Below are positions 1 to 10,488 of a stretch of DNA of 64,000 bases, piece by piece. The notes below the pieces were generated by a model. The model was not told the origin of the DNA and made no database searches. It saw only the letters and a list, made by a program, of their open reading frames with translations. The stretch covers positions 186,001 through 250,000 of the forward strand of contig JAVYOA010000002.1 in assembly GCA_038734945.1 (NCBI GenBank). Direction: 5' to 3'. The position numbers were made by a program, and so were the translations under genes. This DNA comes from Fervidicoccaceae archaeon (GTDB lineage Archaea > Thermoproteota > Thermoprotei_A > Sulfolobales > Fervidicoccaceae). Positions within the stretch are counted from its first letter, which is position 1, and each line of letters opens with the position of its first letter.

Positions 1-1
1 T

Positions 2-328
2 AGGGAGATAACAAAGGGAATAAGCGATGTTGAGGGGGATTCGAGAAAGGGTGTGAGGACTGTTGCTGTTAAATATGGAAGCAGGACCGCCTCATTGCTG
101 GCTTTTCTCTTTTTCCTGGCAGCTATCTCCCTCTCCCCTCTCCCATTTCTCCTGGGCCTAACAAATTTTCCATATTTGATCTTAGTTTCGATAACTGATG
201 CCATGCTTTTCTATTTATCTTTGTTGCTTGTGAAGTTTCCTGATAGGAAAACGGCTAAGATGGTGAAAAACAGAGCACTAATAGCCATGGCAGTTGGCCT
301 CTTGGCTTTCGCTTTGGGCTCAATTTAG
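2..328 (+). CDS. UbiA-family prenyltransferase, likely digeranylgeranylglyceryl phosphate synthase (3' part, truncated by window edge)
   Basis: Frame is open from base 2 and reads REITKGISDVEGDSRKGVRT (second Asp-rich UbiA motif), followed by hydrophobic helices. Confidence 0.85.
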   Translation, partial: REITKGISDVEGDSRKGVRTVAVKYGSRTASLLAFLFFLAAISLSPLPFLLGLTNFPYLILVSITDAMLFYLSLLLVKFPDRKTAKMVKNRALIAMAVGLLAFALGSI

Positions 329-331
329 AAC

Positions 332-763
332 TTATATCTCAATTTCCACATGTGCTGCCGAGCTCATTGGAGGTTCGCTATCCTTTATCTGGGATATTAT
401 GAATTCGTTTGGATCACTCATTGCTTCATCCATACCCAGTACTGCTTGAAGAATATCTTCCTCAGATGGAGGTTTCCCGCTAGCAATGAGGCGGCCATTA
501 ACATAAATTGAGGGAATTTCGGATGTCAGTGGAAATGAGCCTGCACTCAGATTGATGTAAGTGCTTTCCACTTCCACATCAATGAGATAGCTGATTAGGA
601 GCTTTTTTTTAGCTTCAAGAACAGTCATGAGAGCTTGAGAGCTCGCCTCGCTCCAGTCCATTATAATTGCTATTTTTGGAGAAACCTCGCCTCTAAAGCC
701 TTCCGATGGAATGGTGTGGCGAGCAGTTTTCAATTGTCCAACCACCTTCTGAGCAAGAAGCAT
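332..763 (-). CDS. Hypothetical protein, possible thioredoxin-like fold without CxxC
   Basis: 143-aa ORF; PSIYVNGRLIASGKPPSEEDI resembles the C-terminal half of a thioredoxin/glutaredoxin fold. Confidence 0.55.
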   Translation of the reverse strand: MLLAQKVVGQLKTARHTIPSEGFRGEVSPKIAIIMDWSEASSQALMTVLEAKKKLLISYLIDVEVESTYINLSAGSFPLTSEIPSIYVNGRLIASGKPPSEEDILQAVLGMDEAMSDPNEFIISQIKDSEPPMSSAAHVEIEI

Positions 764-853
764 AACTTCACTATGAAAGATCTCAGGTTTCTTCTAGTTT
801 TAAAAGGGAAAAGACACATTTTTTAAAGAAAAATAAAAAAAGGCTTTGTGCTG

Positions 854-1189
854 TTAATTTGTTTTATCCGATGAAATGAGCTCCTTAAGCTTCTTGTATT
901 CCTCAAGAAAGAGCTTACCCTTCTCTGTAATGTAGACCTTGCTGTCAATAATCAAATGTCCTTCCCTTTCAAGTTGCTTGAGATATTTCATCATTATCTT
1001 ATAATCCAGTAGGGCCCTGTTTGCTAGATGTGTCAGTTTTATGCCATCACTCGGTATTGATGAAAGAATGTCATATATTATTTCCAAATAATTACGTTTC
1101 TGTCTGAGCGGTATTTGCGAGCTTTCCACAAAGTTGATCCTTCTTTCCTCCATCATGAGACCCCTCATGTTTTTGTAACAGTAGCTCAA
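854..1189 (-). CDS. Winged-helix transcriptional regulator
   Basis: KRNYLEIIYDIL...LTHLANRALLDY...KYLKQL...YITEKGKLFL is a typical small archaeal wHTH; true start may be a downstream ATG. Confidence 0.85.
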   Translation of the reverse strand: MSYCYKNMRGLMMEERRINFVESSQIPLRQKRNYLEIIYDILSSIPSDGIKLTHLANRALLDYKIMMKYLKQLEREGHLIIDSKVYITEKGKLFLEEYKKLKELISSDKTN

Positions 1190-1204
1190 TTACAGATTGT
1201 GTTC

Positions 1205-1231
1205 TACATAGATATAAAAAATATCAATGTA
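1205..1231. promoter_or_regulatory. Inverted repeat over the TATA box of the wHTH gene (candidate operator)
   Basis: TACATAGATAT-N5-ATATCAATGTA, 10/11 complementary, overlapping minus-strand TTTTTATA. Confidence 0.5.
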
Positions 1232-1266
1232 CATGGTATTTTTCACAATAAGTAAAAGTAATATAT

Positions 1267-1698
1267 TTATATTTTCTCTAGAAAATCAAGCGAATAGGCT
1301 TTCTCCGCATCTTCCCTTGTAACTTTCACTCCTCCACTTTCCATTCTTGTTGCCGAATCTAAAGGTACAAGCCTCCATCCCTGCTTTCTATCGAAATATA
1401 CTGCTATTAATCCAATTGCGTTTGAGCCTGCCCTCTTTACCCATTCCAGAACCTTCTCGACCTGATGCTTTTCTATGTAAACAGCATTACTGCTTCTTCT
1501 CGTTTTCACTTCAATAACGAGGATCCTGTTGTTCTTTGCAGCTATTATGTCAGGCTGATAGGTTTTCTTTGCCTTGGCTCCGCTTGCTGGTGCCCTTATT
1601 GTTGCATAACCCATATCCCAGAGCTTCCTGACCAGATCCCTCTCCTTCTGAAATCCCCTTCTTCTGTTCTTTCTGTGATAGTCGCTCATTTTTTTCAC
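1267..1698 (-). CDS. hjc: Holliday junction resolvase Hjc
   Basis: RRGFQKERDLV, RAPASG, PDIIA and IEVK motifs. Confidence 0.95.
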   Translation of the reverse strand: MKKMSDYHRKNRRRGFQKERDLVRKLWDMGYATIRAPASGAKAKKTYQPDIIAAKNNRILVIEVKTRRSSNAVYIEKHQVEKVLEWVKRAGSNAIGLIAVYFDRKQGWRLVPLDSATRMESGGVKVTREDAEKAYSLDFLEKI

Positions 1699-1717
1699 AC
1701 TATAAAATAATTTTATG

Positions 1718-2083
1718 TTATTTTTGTTCCTGTTCTCTCTTTATCATTTCCTCTACTATATCATAGCCATATATAGCTTTAAGCTGCTCTCTTCCTTCCT
1801 TTGTAATCATTCTTGGAGACCATGGAGTTGATAAGTCTAACTCTACCCTAACATCTTTTGCCTCTGGGACTCTGTTCCTTATTTCGTCCTCCACGGCAGA
1901 AGATAAACTAGTCATTAGGGGACAAAAGGCTGTTGTTAGACCTAATCTTATGAAGACGTCTCCCTCGTCGCTTATTTTCAGTTCATAAATCAGGCCAAGA
2001 TCGTAGACATTGACAGGTATTTCAGGGTCGTAGACTTGCCTCAGCGCCTCTATGACTTTCTTTTCCAATTCTTCCTTATTCAT
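1718..2083 (-). CDS. Metal-sulfur cluster assembly factor (DUF59/SufT)
   Basis: VYDPEIPVNVYDLGLIY...LTTAFCP...PWSP. Confidence 0.92.
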   Translation of the reverse strand: MNKEELEKKVIEALRQVYDPEIPVNVYDLGLIYELKISDEGDVFIRLGLTTAFCPLMTSLSSAVEDEIRNRVPEAKDVRVELDLSTPWSPRMITKEGREQLKAIYGYDIVEEMIKREQEQK

Positions 2084-2148
2084 GGTATAACTCCGAGAGT
2101 TTGCTTATCTCTTAAAATAATATATCTTAAATTTATATTTAAATCGGC

Positions 2149-2619
2149 TTATTCTTTGGATATCTCATCAAGAACTTGTGCAAGAAGCCCCCTAACTTTG
2201 TTGATCTTCTCCTGCAGTTTGCTTATTTTCTCTTCAGCCTCCTTTAGTTTTTTCTTAGTATCATCTTCCTCATGAGAGAGGTGAACGTTGGATAGCTCTA
2301 GGATTCCTCCGCTAGCTTTAATCTTTTCATAGGTTTCCTTCACTAGCCTGGATGCCTCAGTCTTTCCACTCAGATGATTTCTAATTGTGACCTCACTCCT
2401 GCCAAGCTCATCTGCAATTTTCTCTACTGTATATCCCCCTCTTTCTCTTGCCAATGAACCTGCTGCCACTACAAGTGAGTCGAGCCAGGTTAATCTATCC
2501 TCTGATGTTCTAATTTTCTCCAATACATCCTCTCTGAGGAGGGTCCCGATCAGTAGAGCGAGCTCAAGCTTCCTAACTTCTTCCTTACCCATCGGCTTGA
2601 GAGGTATGCTCTCGCTCAT
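2149..2619 (-). CDS. Predicted HTH transcriptional regulator (COG1318-like)
   Basis: RLTWLDSLVVAAGSLARER...IADELGRSEVTIRNHLSGKT plus C-terminal coiled coil. Confidence 0.8.
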   Translation of the reverse strand: MSESIPLKPMGKEEVRKLELALLIGTLLREDVLEKIRTSEDRLTWLDSLVVAAGSLARERGGYTVEKIADELGRSEVTIRNHLSGKTEASRLVKETYEKIKASGGILELSNVHLSHEEDDTKKKLKEAEEKISKLQEKINKVRGLLAQVLDEISKE

Positions 2620-2732
2620 TCTATTTCACACCCCCAAAAATCCTTTTTTAACTTTATTTAGTAGGTTATAACCTATAAAGATTTTTCTGAAAGAAATTTC
2701 AGTCTAAATAATTTAGGGAAAATAGAAAGAAA

Positions 2733-2948
2733 TCATTCTGATTTTTTCATTTTTCTTTTCAGCAATATGAGAGATAGTGAGGGGGTCATTACTAAGAGAA
2801 TTGCTCCCAAAATAAAGAGAAAAAAGCCAGGTGTTTCATTTAAACCAATTATAACTGAAATTCCTATGAGAAAGAAGGCGATGAGAAAGAAAGGGATCTG
2901 AAGGAGAAAAAAATCTCTAAGTTGTTTTTTTGCCTTTTCTCTACTCAA
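2733..2948 (-). CDS. Small two-helix membrane protein
   Basis: Two hydrophobic stretches and basic termini; likely TTG start at 2948 overlapping the upstream stop. Confidence 0.6.
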   Translation of the reverse strand: MSREKAKKQLRDFFLLQIPFFLIAFFLIGISVIIGLNETPGFFLFILGAILLVMTPSLSLILLKRKMKKSE

Positions 2949-3756
2949 TTTTACCACCAAGAACTCTAACAATTTCTAGCAATCTTTCCTTAATTTTAAC
3001 AATATCTTTCTGAAGATCCTCGGCACTGTTGGAGGAGATCATTATCTGGACTACTATGTAAGGTTCTCCTTCCGTTCCTCTTGGATGGGTCTTTATATAT
3101 GCCCGGGGAAAATCCCTGACTAATGAGTTGAGATATGGCGCTATTGCTGATTCCATTATCCCCCTTATTCCAAGGGTTTCCTCTGTAACAAGATTTCTAT
3201 TCCATACAGAGAGCTTAGGCTCAATCCATTTCTCGAATATTGAAGTCATTTCCTTGGGAACACCAGGCAGGGAAATAATATAGGAGTTTCTAGCTTTGAG
3301 GAGCATACCAGGAGCAGCTCCAACAGGATTTTCCAGAGGAACAGCGCCTCTGGGCATTTTTGCCATTTTCAGTCTTTCCTCTGTCAACTCCTTCCCCAAC
3401 TTATCATAGTAAGATTTGACCATCTGAAGAGCTGAGTCATTTATCTCAAGCGGAAGAGATAGTGCTCTGGATATCATTGTGAGTGTTGAATCATCATATG
3501 TTGGTCCGAGTCCTCCAGTTGTTATGATTACCCCCACACCTTTTTCTATGCCCCTAATCAGCTCTTCCTTGAATTCTATATAGTCATCTGGAACAACGAT
3601 TACTCTTCTGACAGCATAACCCAGAAAAGTCAGTTTTCTTGCTAGCCAGCTCGCATTTGTATTCTGTGTGAATCCTGTGAGTAGCTCTGTTCCTAGGTTT
3701 ACTATCCAAGCGTTAAAATTTGCTGGAGGTTCTTCGAAGTTGAGCGTATTCTTCAC
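2941..3756 (-). CDS. CinA-like molybdopterin-binding domain protein (NMN deamidase-related)
   Basis: [41 protein letters not shown]. Confidence 0.9.
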   Translation of the reverse strand: MKNTLNFEEPPANFNAWIVNLGTELLTGFTQNTNASWLARKLTFLGYAVRRVIVVPDDYIEFKEELIRGIEKGVGVIITTGGLGPTYDDSTLTMISRALSLPLEINDSALQMVKSYYDKLGKELTEERLKMAKMPRGAVPLENPVGAAPGMLLKARNSYIISLPGVPKEMTSIFEKWIEPKLSVWNRNLVTEETLGIRGIMESAIAPYLNSLVRDFPRAYIKTHPRGTEGEPYIVVQIMISSNSAEDLQKDIVKIKERLLEIVRVLGGKIE

Positions 3757-5060
3757 CCTTTAAGGAGGAGAAGATCATCCACATGAGTAACATCTTTAAG
3801 TGTGTATCCATACTTCCTCTCAAGAAAGGCCCTTCTAAGCTCCTTGACATCTGCGGATACCTTATCTGGATCCTCCTTCAATATCAGTATTCTCTTCATC
3901 AGGTTTGCTATCTCGATCATTTCCCCTTTTCCCATTCCATACCTCGTCATTTCCTGAGTACCGAGTCTTATTCCGCTGGGATTCTGCACAGCATCTGGAG
4001 GATCGTTTGGAAGCAAGTTCTTGTTGGTAATTATGTTTGCCCTCTCCAGGAGCTCAGCGCACTTCGCTCCTCCCCCTTGCTTAGAGACATCAATCACCAC
4101 CTGATGGCTCTGCGTATAGCCGAGGTTCTCTCCAAGAACCTTGAACCCCTCTTCTGCTAGTGCCTCAGCAAGAGCTCTAGCATTGTCCACTATTGCAGAA
4201 GCATATTCCTTTCCAAACTCCATCATTTCCAGATGGGTCACCAATGTAGCTGGGATTCTGTGCAGATGATGATTGCTGAGGAAGTAGGGAAAGATTGTCT
4301 TGGAGACTGCCTTGTAGAGGGATTCATCGCTAAATGCTATCAATCCTCCTTGTGGACCGGGGTATGTCTTATGCGTGCTAGCAGTCACCACGTCTGCTCC
4401 TTCCTTCAACGGATTTCTCCATTTTCCTCCTACTATCAATCCAAAAATATGAGCGGCATCATACACGACTTTAATGCCCTTTTCCTTTGCAGCCTGTGAT
4501 ATCTCCTTCACTGGATGGGGGAATAGATACATGCTTCCGCCAAGCACGACGAACTTGAAGTTCTCCTCTCGCAGCATCTTAACTGCTTTGTCCACATCCA
4601 CATTCATCCTCTCCTCATCATATGGCATGTAGACTTGTGTCATGCCTAGTGCTCCAAGTGTGCCGAACTTCGTGTGGCTCACATGGCTCCCGGCTTGAAC
4701 GGGGGCTATGAGTGCTCTGTCCCCCGGATCCCCTAGAACTCTGAACACAGCAGCGTTAGCTATTGTTCCGCTAATTGGTCTTGTCTCAATGTACTGAGTC
4801 TCGAGAGATTTTCCTATCATTTCTGAGAGCATTATTTCTAGGTCATCAATATACTTTGTTCCCTGATAGTACCTCTTTCTCGGTTTCCCCTCAGCATACC
4901 TGCTCATGAAGTCACTTAGGTAAACAGCCTCTGCCAGCTCGCTCATGACGTTCTCGCTTGCTATTAAGTTGATTGACTCCTTTCTTCTCCATCTGTTGTT
5001 CAAAGCAACTTTTGAGACAACATCATCAAGAATTTTTCTTGTGTCAAACAATATCCTCAC
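3753..5060 (-). CDS. glyA: Serine hydroxymethyltransferase
   Basis: [23 protein letters not shown] (PLP lysine), SGIRLGT. Confidence 0.97.
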   Translation of the reverse strand: MRILFDTRKILDDVVSKVALNNRWRRKESINLIASENVMSELAEAVYLSDFMSRYAEGKPRKRYYQGTKYIDDLEIMLSEMIGKSLETQYIETRPISGTIANAAVFRVLGDPGDRALIAPVQAGSHVSHTKFGTLGALGMTQVYMPYDEERMNVDVDKAVKMLREENFKFVVLGGSMYLFPHPVKEISQAAKEKGIKVVYDAAHIFGLIVGGKWRNPLKEGADVVTASTHKTYPGPQGGLIAFSDESLYKAVSKTIFPYFLSNHHLHRIPATLVTHLEMMEFGKEYASAIVDNARALAEALAEEGFKVLGENLGYTQSHQVVIDVSKQGGGAKCAELLERANIITNKNLLPNDPPDAVQNPSGIRLGTQEMTRYGMGKGEMIEIANLMKRILILKEDPDKVSADVKELRRAFLERKYGYTLKDVTHVDDLLLLKG

Positions 5061-5130
5061 CAGATACAGTTTAACAAATTATTAATAAAATAAAATAAGT
5101 ATTTTCATCTGTTCTGAAATTGATACAGTG

Positions 5131-5583
5131 CTATTCACTGCTGCAGTCAGGCTGAGGGACATCGATGTTCTTTATGGGTTTTCCCTCCCTTGTAGGAGGG
5201 GCAAGCCAATCTACAACTTCATGAATTCTTGGATGAACCACTGTTACAATAACGGGACCCAATGGTGATTCATTCTCATTGCTCACAAACGAGATCCTAC
5301 CAGCTGCTAGTGCCTGTTTGTGCATGAGAAAAGTGAGCGTGTCCCCATGGATCCCGCTCAATAAATACTTTCTGGCCGAATCGAGGATCCTCTCTCTTCT
5401 GAGCATGCTATGTAGCTTAGTTAGTGATGATAGGCAGGGGGAGGTTGCTAGAGCAACCCTTCCCATCTCTTCGCCCTCAATTCTTACGTCTGTGGAAGTT
5501 ATTATGGATTCTATCAGTTTCAGTATCACTTCTTCCTTCTCAGTTGGTTTTACAGGTACTTCCACGCGGACTCTGAATTGCAT
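5131..5583 (-). CDS. DUF54/UPF0201 RNA-binding domain protein
   Basis: VKPTE...LRRERILDSAR...HKQALAAG...SPLGP...WLAP. Confidence 0.88.
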   Translation of the reverse strand: MQFRVRVEVPVKPTEKEEVILKLIESIITSTDVRIEGEEMGRVALATSPCLSSLTKLHSMLRRERILDSARKYLLSGIHGDTLTFLMHKQALAAGRISFVSNENESPLGPVIVTVVHPRIHEVVDWLAPPTREGKPIKNIDVPQPDCSSE

Positions 5584-6128
5584 TTTTCTATCCTCTCCAT
5601 GTTTTTTTCTAGAGCGATTTCAACATCCCTTTTTGTACCTTCGTTAATGATGAGTGTATCGCACAGCGCCAAGACAGTCCCAAGTCCAAAGGAGAGCTCC
5701 TTCATGTCTCTCTGGAGAAACTCCTCGAACTTCATTGGATCTCCTGGCCTGTTTCTCTCCCTGATCCTCTGGAATCTAAGCCAAGGAGGAGAGTATAAGG
5801 CAACAACATGAATGCAGTTCCAAACTCTTCCGAAATATTTTATTTCATGTATGCTTCTCACTCCATCTATAACAATGGGGGGTTCAGTATCCTTGATCCT
5901 CTCTATCAATAGAGCAGCCACGCCTGCTGGACCGTATTTGCTCCTTATCTCCTCAGCTATTCTTAGCATGTTCTCCTGTGTTTTTTCGACTCCTCTCTCA
6001 TCAGCAATTTCTCTAACCACATCACCCATGCTGAATGATTTATATCCTTTCTTCCTCAGATATGATGTTACGATAGATTTTCCTGAACCAGGCATCCCAG
6101 CCACAAGGACAACAGCTTTACTGCCCAT
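5550..6128 (-). CDS. P-loop kinase, archaeal dephospho-CoA kinase-like (UPF0200)
   Basis: GMPGSGKS, SMGDVVRE, IDGVRS, RDMKELSFG; usual partner of DUF54. Confidence 0.88.
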   Translation of the reverse strand: MGSKAVVLVAGMPGSGKSIVTSYLRKKGYKSFSMGDVVREIADERGVEKTQENMLRIAEEIRSKYGPAGVAALLIERIKDTEPPIVIDGVRSIHEIKYFGRVWNCIHVVALYSPPWLRFQRIRERNRPGDPMKFEEFLQRDMKELSFGLGTVLALCDTLIINEGTKRDVEIALEKNMERIEKCNSESAWKYL

Positions 6129-6220
6129 GTAGATCTTCCTCATGTGAGCAAGGGAGAGAGCAAACATTCAAGAGCTGGATTTATGCGAAGAGTTAAAAAA
6201 TTTTGACATGAGGAGGGGTG

Positions 6221-6499
6221 CTACTGCTTTCTAGGGGGTGTGCGAGGACGAGAGGGAGTTGGTTCAAGATCTTCATAGCTCTCCTCATGTTCCTGGTAAG
6301 TATCATCTCCAAATTTAAGAAGCCTTTTTTTCTCTGCATATTCTTTTAGAATGTTCTCATCTAGGTCATACAGCCTCCTATCGTCAACATCGATTCCTTT
6401 GCTACGAAGGAAATCCAATAGGTCGTCCAGCAATCCAGCACTGAGAATTATCTCTATTATTTCATCCTTAGAATGAATTTCGCTCATTATTTTCACCAT
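6221..6499 (-). CDS. Hypothetical protein
   Basis: 92-aa ORF filling the gap between flanking genes; no family recognised. Confidence 0.6.
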   Translation of the reverse strand: MVKIMSEIHSKDEIIEIILSAGLLDDLLDFLRSKGIDVDDRRLYDLDENILKEYAEKKRLLKFGDDTYQEHEESYEDLEPTPSRPRTPPRKQ

Positions 6500-6645
6500 C
6501 CGAATTCAGCAATGCGAACTTGCCGACTAGAAAAAGGAATCTCTTGCTCAAGGTTTATTAAATTTATTAAAGTTAGTCAAACATAAACTTTCCTCTGTAG
6601 TAGAGTTTTTCTAATCTATCTAGCTCGTTTGAACTCCTCAGCCCG

Positions 6646-7107
6646 ATGGTGATATGTTTGGCCAAGTGCAGCAGAGCAAGACTAATTGAGAACAAATTTG
6701 TATGTGAGGATTCTCAAGAGAGAATAGAGTTCCTGGATGGACTGTACAGGACTAAGAAAGGATCAATGAAGGTTTCCGATGAGGAAGGGAAAGAGCTGGA
6801 CTGGCTGGAGATAATGCGCATCAGGTCTAAAAGTGATGCCAATTCATGGATAATTTTTTCGGTTTATTATGACCTTAGAGAGAGGGGGAGAAGCGTGAGA
6901 GAGGGTCCTTTTCCCAATACGCTGGAGCTAGTTTCTGAGGGAAAGCCCTTCGCTCTTGTTTTTGTCGTTGAGGAAACCATAAAGTTCAAAGTGAAAGTTC
7001 TATCCGATTGGCTCGATCTATCGAGAAGGTTTGGAAGAGAAGTAATTATAGCTATAGTTGATAAGCATGGAGATGTGTCCTATTACACTATGGAGAGATT
7101 CTCATAG
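6646..7107 (+). CDS. tRNA-splicing endonuclease, probably the structural (non-catalytic) subunit
   Basis: FSVYYDLRERG...AIVDKHGDVSYY; catalytic Tyr/His/Lys context not evident. Confidence 0.82.
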   Translation: MVICLAKCSRARLIENKFVCEDSQERIEFLDGLYRTKKGSMKVSDEEGKELDWLEIMRIRSKSDANSWIIFSVYYDLRERGRSVREGPFPNTLELVSEGKPFALVFVVEETIKFKVKVLSDWLDLSRRFGREVIIAIVDKHGDVSYYTMERFS

Positions 7108-7194
7108 CTCTCCATTTATTATGGTTTGTCTCCTAGAAACCTTCTCTCCATCAATTGTTAATTCCCTTCCCTGTATAGCATGATTTTCAGAATT

Positions 7195-8343
7195 CTAATC
7201 GTGCTTGGAAAACAGAAACAGCTTTTTCCTAACTATGAGATCAATTTCCAGGAGATCCCTCTCTAACAGAGGAAGGGTTAAAGCGTTTTTGTCAGTTACT
7301 TTTCCCTCTTCCTGGTTTATTTTCAAAGATTCTATATAGAAAGGTGGATGGATCCTCATTCTCAGGGAGCTCAGAGACGTGATGGGGTTTGAAATTTCTG
7401 CTTTGATTCTCCAACCTCCTTCCTGCTCCGCAATCTCCAGATTTCTCACTAACAAGCTGGGGGGATCTATCCTGACATCCGGTGCGATATCTGAGCAAAT
7501 TGGGATAGGAAAGTCAATTAGAGATCTAAGTCTATGAATTAGGGAGAATTCAGGAATGTGTGAAAATGTCATATATGAGGGGGCTCTGGTTTCGATTATT
7601 ATTTCCTTTCCCTCATCTCTGACGAGAATTCCCTCTGAAGATGCAGCTGTAAATGTTCTAAATGGCATGTTTACTGAGATGAAGTTACTAACTATGCTTT
7701 CATTCAGTCTGTCGCTTACAACGGCGTAGGGCTGTATCCAATAAACTCTTGGATTAACTACGCTTTTTCTTATCGATAATTCTATGTTGGGGTCTACGTA
7801 GTACTCTTTTTTATCTGTATCGGAGAGAAGAAGAGCATTTTCACATAACCAGATTGGAGCCCCCCAATAAGCTGTTTGAAGACAAGAACCTAAGTTTTCT
7901 GCAGAAGCCCACTGAGGAAGTTTTGGACCTTCGGTTCTTTTTTCTCCATCTATTGCGCTTATGCTCTTAGAATCGCTCTTCTTGAAAATAGATCTTCCTT
8001 CTCTCTTTATAAAGAAGAGCTTGTCATCAAACCTAACTGCTGTCCAGGTTTTATAGATATTCGGAAAATAGAGATAGTCAGTATCTGAGGAGCAATTAAA
8101 GTTAAATTTTGCTCTGTTAGGTCTCCAGCCTGTATTTCTTAGAGGATCTTCCTCCTCCAGCCACACTCTTTTGTCCCCATCACACTCTTCAAGAAACTCT
8201 ATATGATCGCCATTCCAATCAACTATACCGCAGATACCTTTGCTGGTTAGCTTTTTCACTATGAGGTTTCCTTCATATGGGTTTCTTCTAATGATCTTCA
8301 GAAGCTCCCTGAAGCCAAGCAATGGATCTTTTTCATTTTTCAA
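7195..8343 (-). CDS. Hypothetical protein
   Basis: 382-aa uninterrupted ORF, family not recognised. Confidence 0.7.
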   Translation of the reverse strand: MKNEKDPLLGFRELLKIIRRNPYEGNLIVKKLTSKGICGIVDWNGDHIEFLEECDGDKRVWLEEEDPLRNTGWRPNRAKFNFNCSSDTDYLYFPNIYKTWTAVRFDDKLFFIKREGRSIFKKSDSKSISAIDGEKRTEGPKLPQWASAENLGSCLQTAYWGAPIWLCENALLLSDTDKKEYYVDPNIELSIRKSVVNPRVYWIQPYAVVSDRLNESIVSNFISVNMPFRTFTAASSEGILVRDEGKEIIIETRAPSYMTFSHIPEFSLIHRLRSLIDFPIPICSDIAPDVRIDPPSLLVRNLEIAEQEGGWRIKAEISNPITSLSSLRMRIHPPFYIESLKINQEEGKVTDKNALTLPLLERDLLEIDLIVRKKLFLFSKHD

Positions 8344-8453
8344 CTATAAACCCTCCTAGACTGTGAAGTGCGCATTCTCTTAAAAATTTGTCCTACTTTC
8401 CTTTCAACATCAGGCTATTGTTTAAAAAAAGTTTTTATTGCTGGAGCTTAGAC

Positions 8454-8906
8454 TTAGCTTTTCCTTTTTATCTTTTCGGCTTCCAGCTCACCCAGGCAAG
8501 ATCCCATGTTTTTAAGCAACTCCACCAAGTATCCCAGTCCTTTCTGAACTTTGGGATCTCTCATTTCTTTCAGAAGTCCTAAAATGCCCAGGCGGGGAGC
8601 CTTCTGGGGTGATGATGAGGAAACCGTGCTTAGGAGGCATAGTGCTGTATCCTCTGTATTCTCTTTCAAGTCAGCTATCTTGTCCGAATTCAACCTCCTG
8701 GAGGCCTCAAGCATAGCTCCAAGCAGGACTCCCAGCCTAAGAAGGCTCGTATCAGCCTGCATCCCGGAAAGCGCCTTCTGTGAGTCGGATAGCATTTCCT
8801 TCAGCATTCCCAGAATACCAGATTTCTTTAGCTCTACAGCTATTTCCAATAGATCCTTAATGGCTTGAATTTCAATTTCATTGGAATCGGATTCCATGAC
8901 TATCAC
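8454..8906 (-). CDS. DUF1641 domain protein
   Basis: LGILGLLKEMRDPKVQKGLGYLVELLKNMG; directly downstream of an SQR-type gene. Confidence 0.88.
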   Translation of the reverse strand: MIVMESDSNEIEIQAIKDLLEIAVELKKSGILGMLKEMLSDSQKALSGMQADTSLLRLGVLLGAMLEASRRLNSDKIADLKENTEDTALCLLSTVSSSSPQKAPRLGILGLLKEMRDPKVQKGLGYLVELLKNMGSCLGELEAEKIKRKS

Positions 8907-8909
8907 CTA

Positions 8910-10091
8910 TCAAAATTTAAATCTATCAAGCCAACCCTTGTAGAAGCCACGCTTCACCAATCTCATTGCAAAGTTCTCAGCGATATTGTAGCAGTTGCTC
9001 CAATCATATTTCTCTCCTTTGAGCTCAATTTCACAGAGGCCGAGAAAACCCTTATCACCGCAATAAGCTACACATGCTACTGGATGAATTTCATGTATAT
9101 CCTCCACTCCGTACTGCTCATTTAAGAACAAGGTGGCTGCTTTATATGTTGCAGTGTCAACGAAGACTCCAGCAGTTCCAAGCCCGACTGGAGGCATTGA
9201 ATGCTCCCCTGTCAGGAAAATGTTCTCATGTTCAGGGTGTCTGAAATCCTTTGTCCTCGCCTTCACGAATCTTTTGTCTTCATCAAACAGAAATACAGGA
9301 TCTTCGAGAACTTTTGGAGGCCTTGGAGGGGGAACTTTTATCAAGAGATCATAATTTTCCTCATAGTTCCTAGTTATTACTAGTTTCCTTTCATCATCAA
9401 CCCTCTCAATCCCATCGTGAGTTTTTATTTCAATTTGATGCTTTTCAAAATACTTCTGCCAGAGATTGCCTATATCCTTCCCTAGAGCCCATGAAATGTC
9501 TCTTCCATCATGGATTTTTGGACTAAGTATTAGGATCTCTGCCTTAATTCCTCTTACCTGGAACTTGTGTCCAAGAACTGTTGAGAACTCCATTGGATAT
9601 ATGCCACATCTGAAAGGCAGTTCTGGAACTGTCAGCACAACTTTTCCTCCTCTGAAATTCCTTATGGCCTTGTTCAGCTCCAGAGCACTTTCCGGTTCAT
9701 AGTTATGAAAACCAGCTCTCTCATATCCAGGTATAGCATCCCATCCATTCCTCAAGCCGAGAGTAACAAAGAGATATTCGTAGTCCATCGTTCTTCCATC
9801 ATTTAGATGAACGCTGTTCTTCTCTGGATCAATTTTTGTGGCTTCACCCTTCACAAACTTTACGCCATAGCTCTCTAGAGAATAAAGCGGGGCTCTTGTC
9901 TCATCGATGGATATCCCCTCCAGAGCTATATCCATCCAAAGGGGAGGCATGTAGTGCCATTCATCCCTGTTTATTACCACGATGTCCATGTCCAGATTGT
10001 GCTTCCTCTTGGCATCAGCCAGCGCAAGAGCAGCAACTACTCCACCAGCTCCTCCTCCCAGAATAACAATTTTCTTTGACAATCTCATCAC
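8910..10091 (-). CDS. Sulfide:quinone oxidoreductase-like FAD-dependent oxidoreductase
   Basis: GGGAGG FAD motif, FRCGIYPMEF and a C-terminal Cys (PVACV). Confidence 0.88.
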   Translation of the reverse strand: MMRLSKKIVILGGGAGGVVAALALADAKRKHNLDMDIVVINRDEWHYMPPLWMDIALEGISIDETRAPLYSLESYGVKFVKGEATKIDPEKNSVHLNDGRTMDYEYLFVTLGLRNGWDAIPGYERAGFHNYEPESALELNKAIRNFRGGKVVLTVPELPFRCGIYPMEFSTVLGHKFQVRGIKAEILILSPKIHDGRDISWALGKDIGNLWQKYFEKHQIEIKTHDGIERVDDERKLVITRNYEENYDLLIKVPPPRPPKVLEDPVFLFDEDKRFVKARTKDFRHPEHENIFLTGEHSMPPVGLGTAGVFVDTATYKAATLFLNEQYGVEDIHEIHPVACVAYCGDKGFLGLCEIELKGEKYDWSNCYNIAENFAMRLVKRGFYKGWLDRFKF

Positions 10092-10488
10092 CCTTCATAT
10101 TTGGATTCGATTAATAATATAAAAAATTACAGTGTGAATATGATAGCTGGAGTCGTGCAATCTTTAAAGGAGTTTAATTTTGTGAAGTTTTTCAAGATTT
10201 TTTACGCTTCACTTTCCCTTCAATCCTGTATGGGTTCTCGGTGCTATTCCTAGAATTAACTGTTTTTTGGGGCTGATGACCGCTTCCCGCGAAATACATT
10301 TAAAAGCAGTTAGACAGAGTATTTCTAAGATAATCCCGGTGGTATTACCTAGGGAATTGCCCGTTTTAGTGCGATTTTTGTTTTTAATTCTAATGAGTGC
10401 TCAATGGTAATATAGAGCTGTTCTTGGTAATACTGTTAGCATAACTTCTAATTATTATATAGTATATTATGCTAGTTTTGGTGATATC

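Noticed and set aside
6221..6499. RNA polymerase subunit Rpo13
   Set aside because: Size fits, but it lacks the acidic N-terminus/long basic C-terminus pattern and recognisable core
10272..10330. TGATGA as box C of a third C/D sRNA
   Set aside because: No correctly spaced D', C' or D boxes follow
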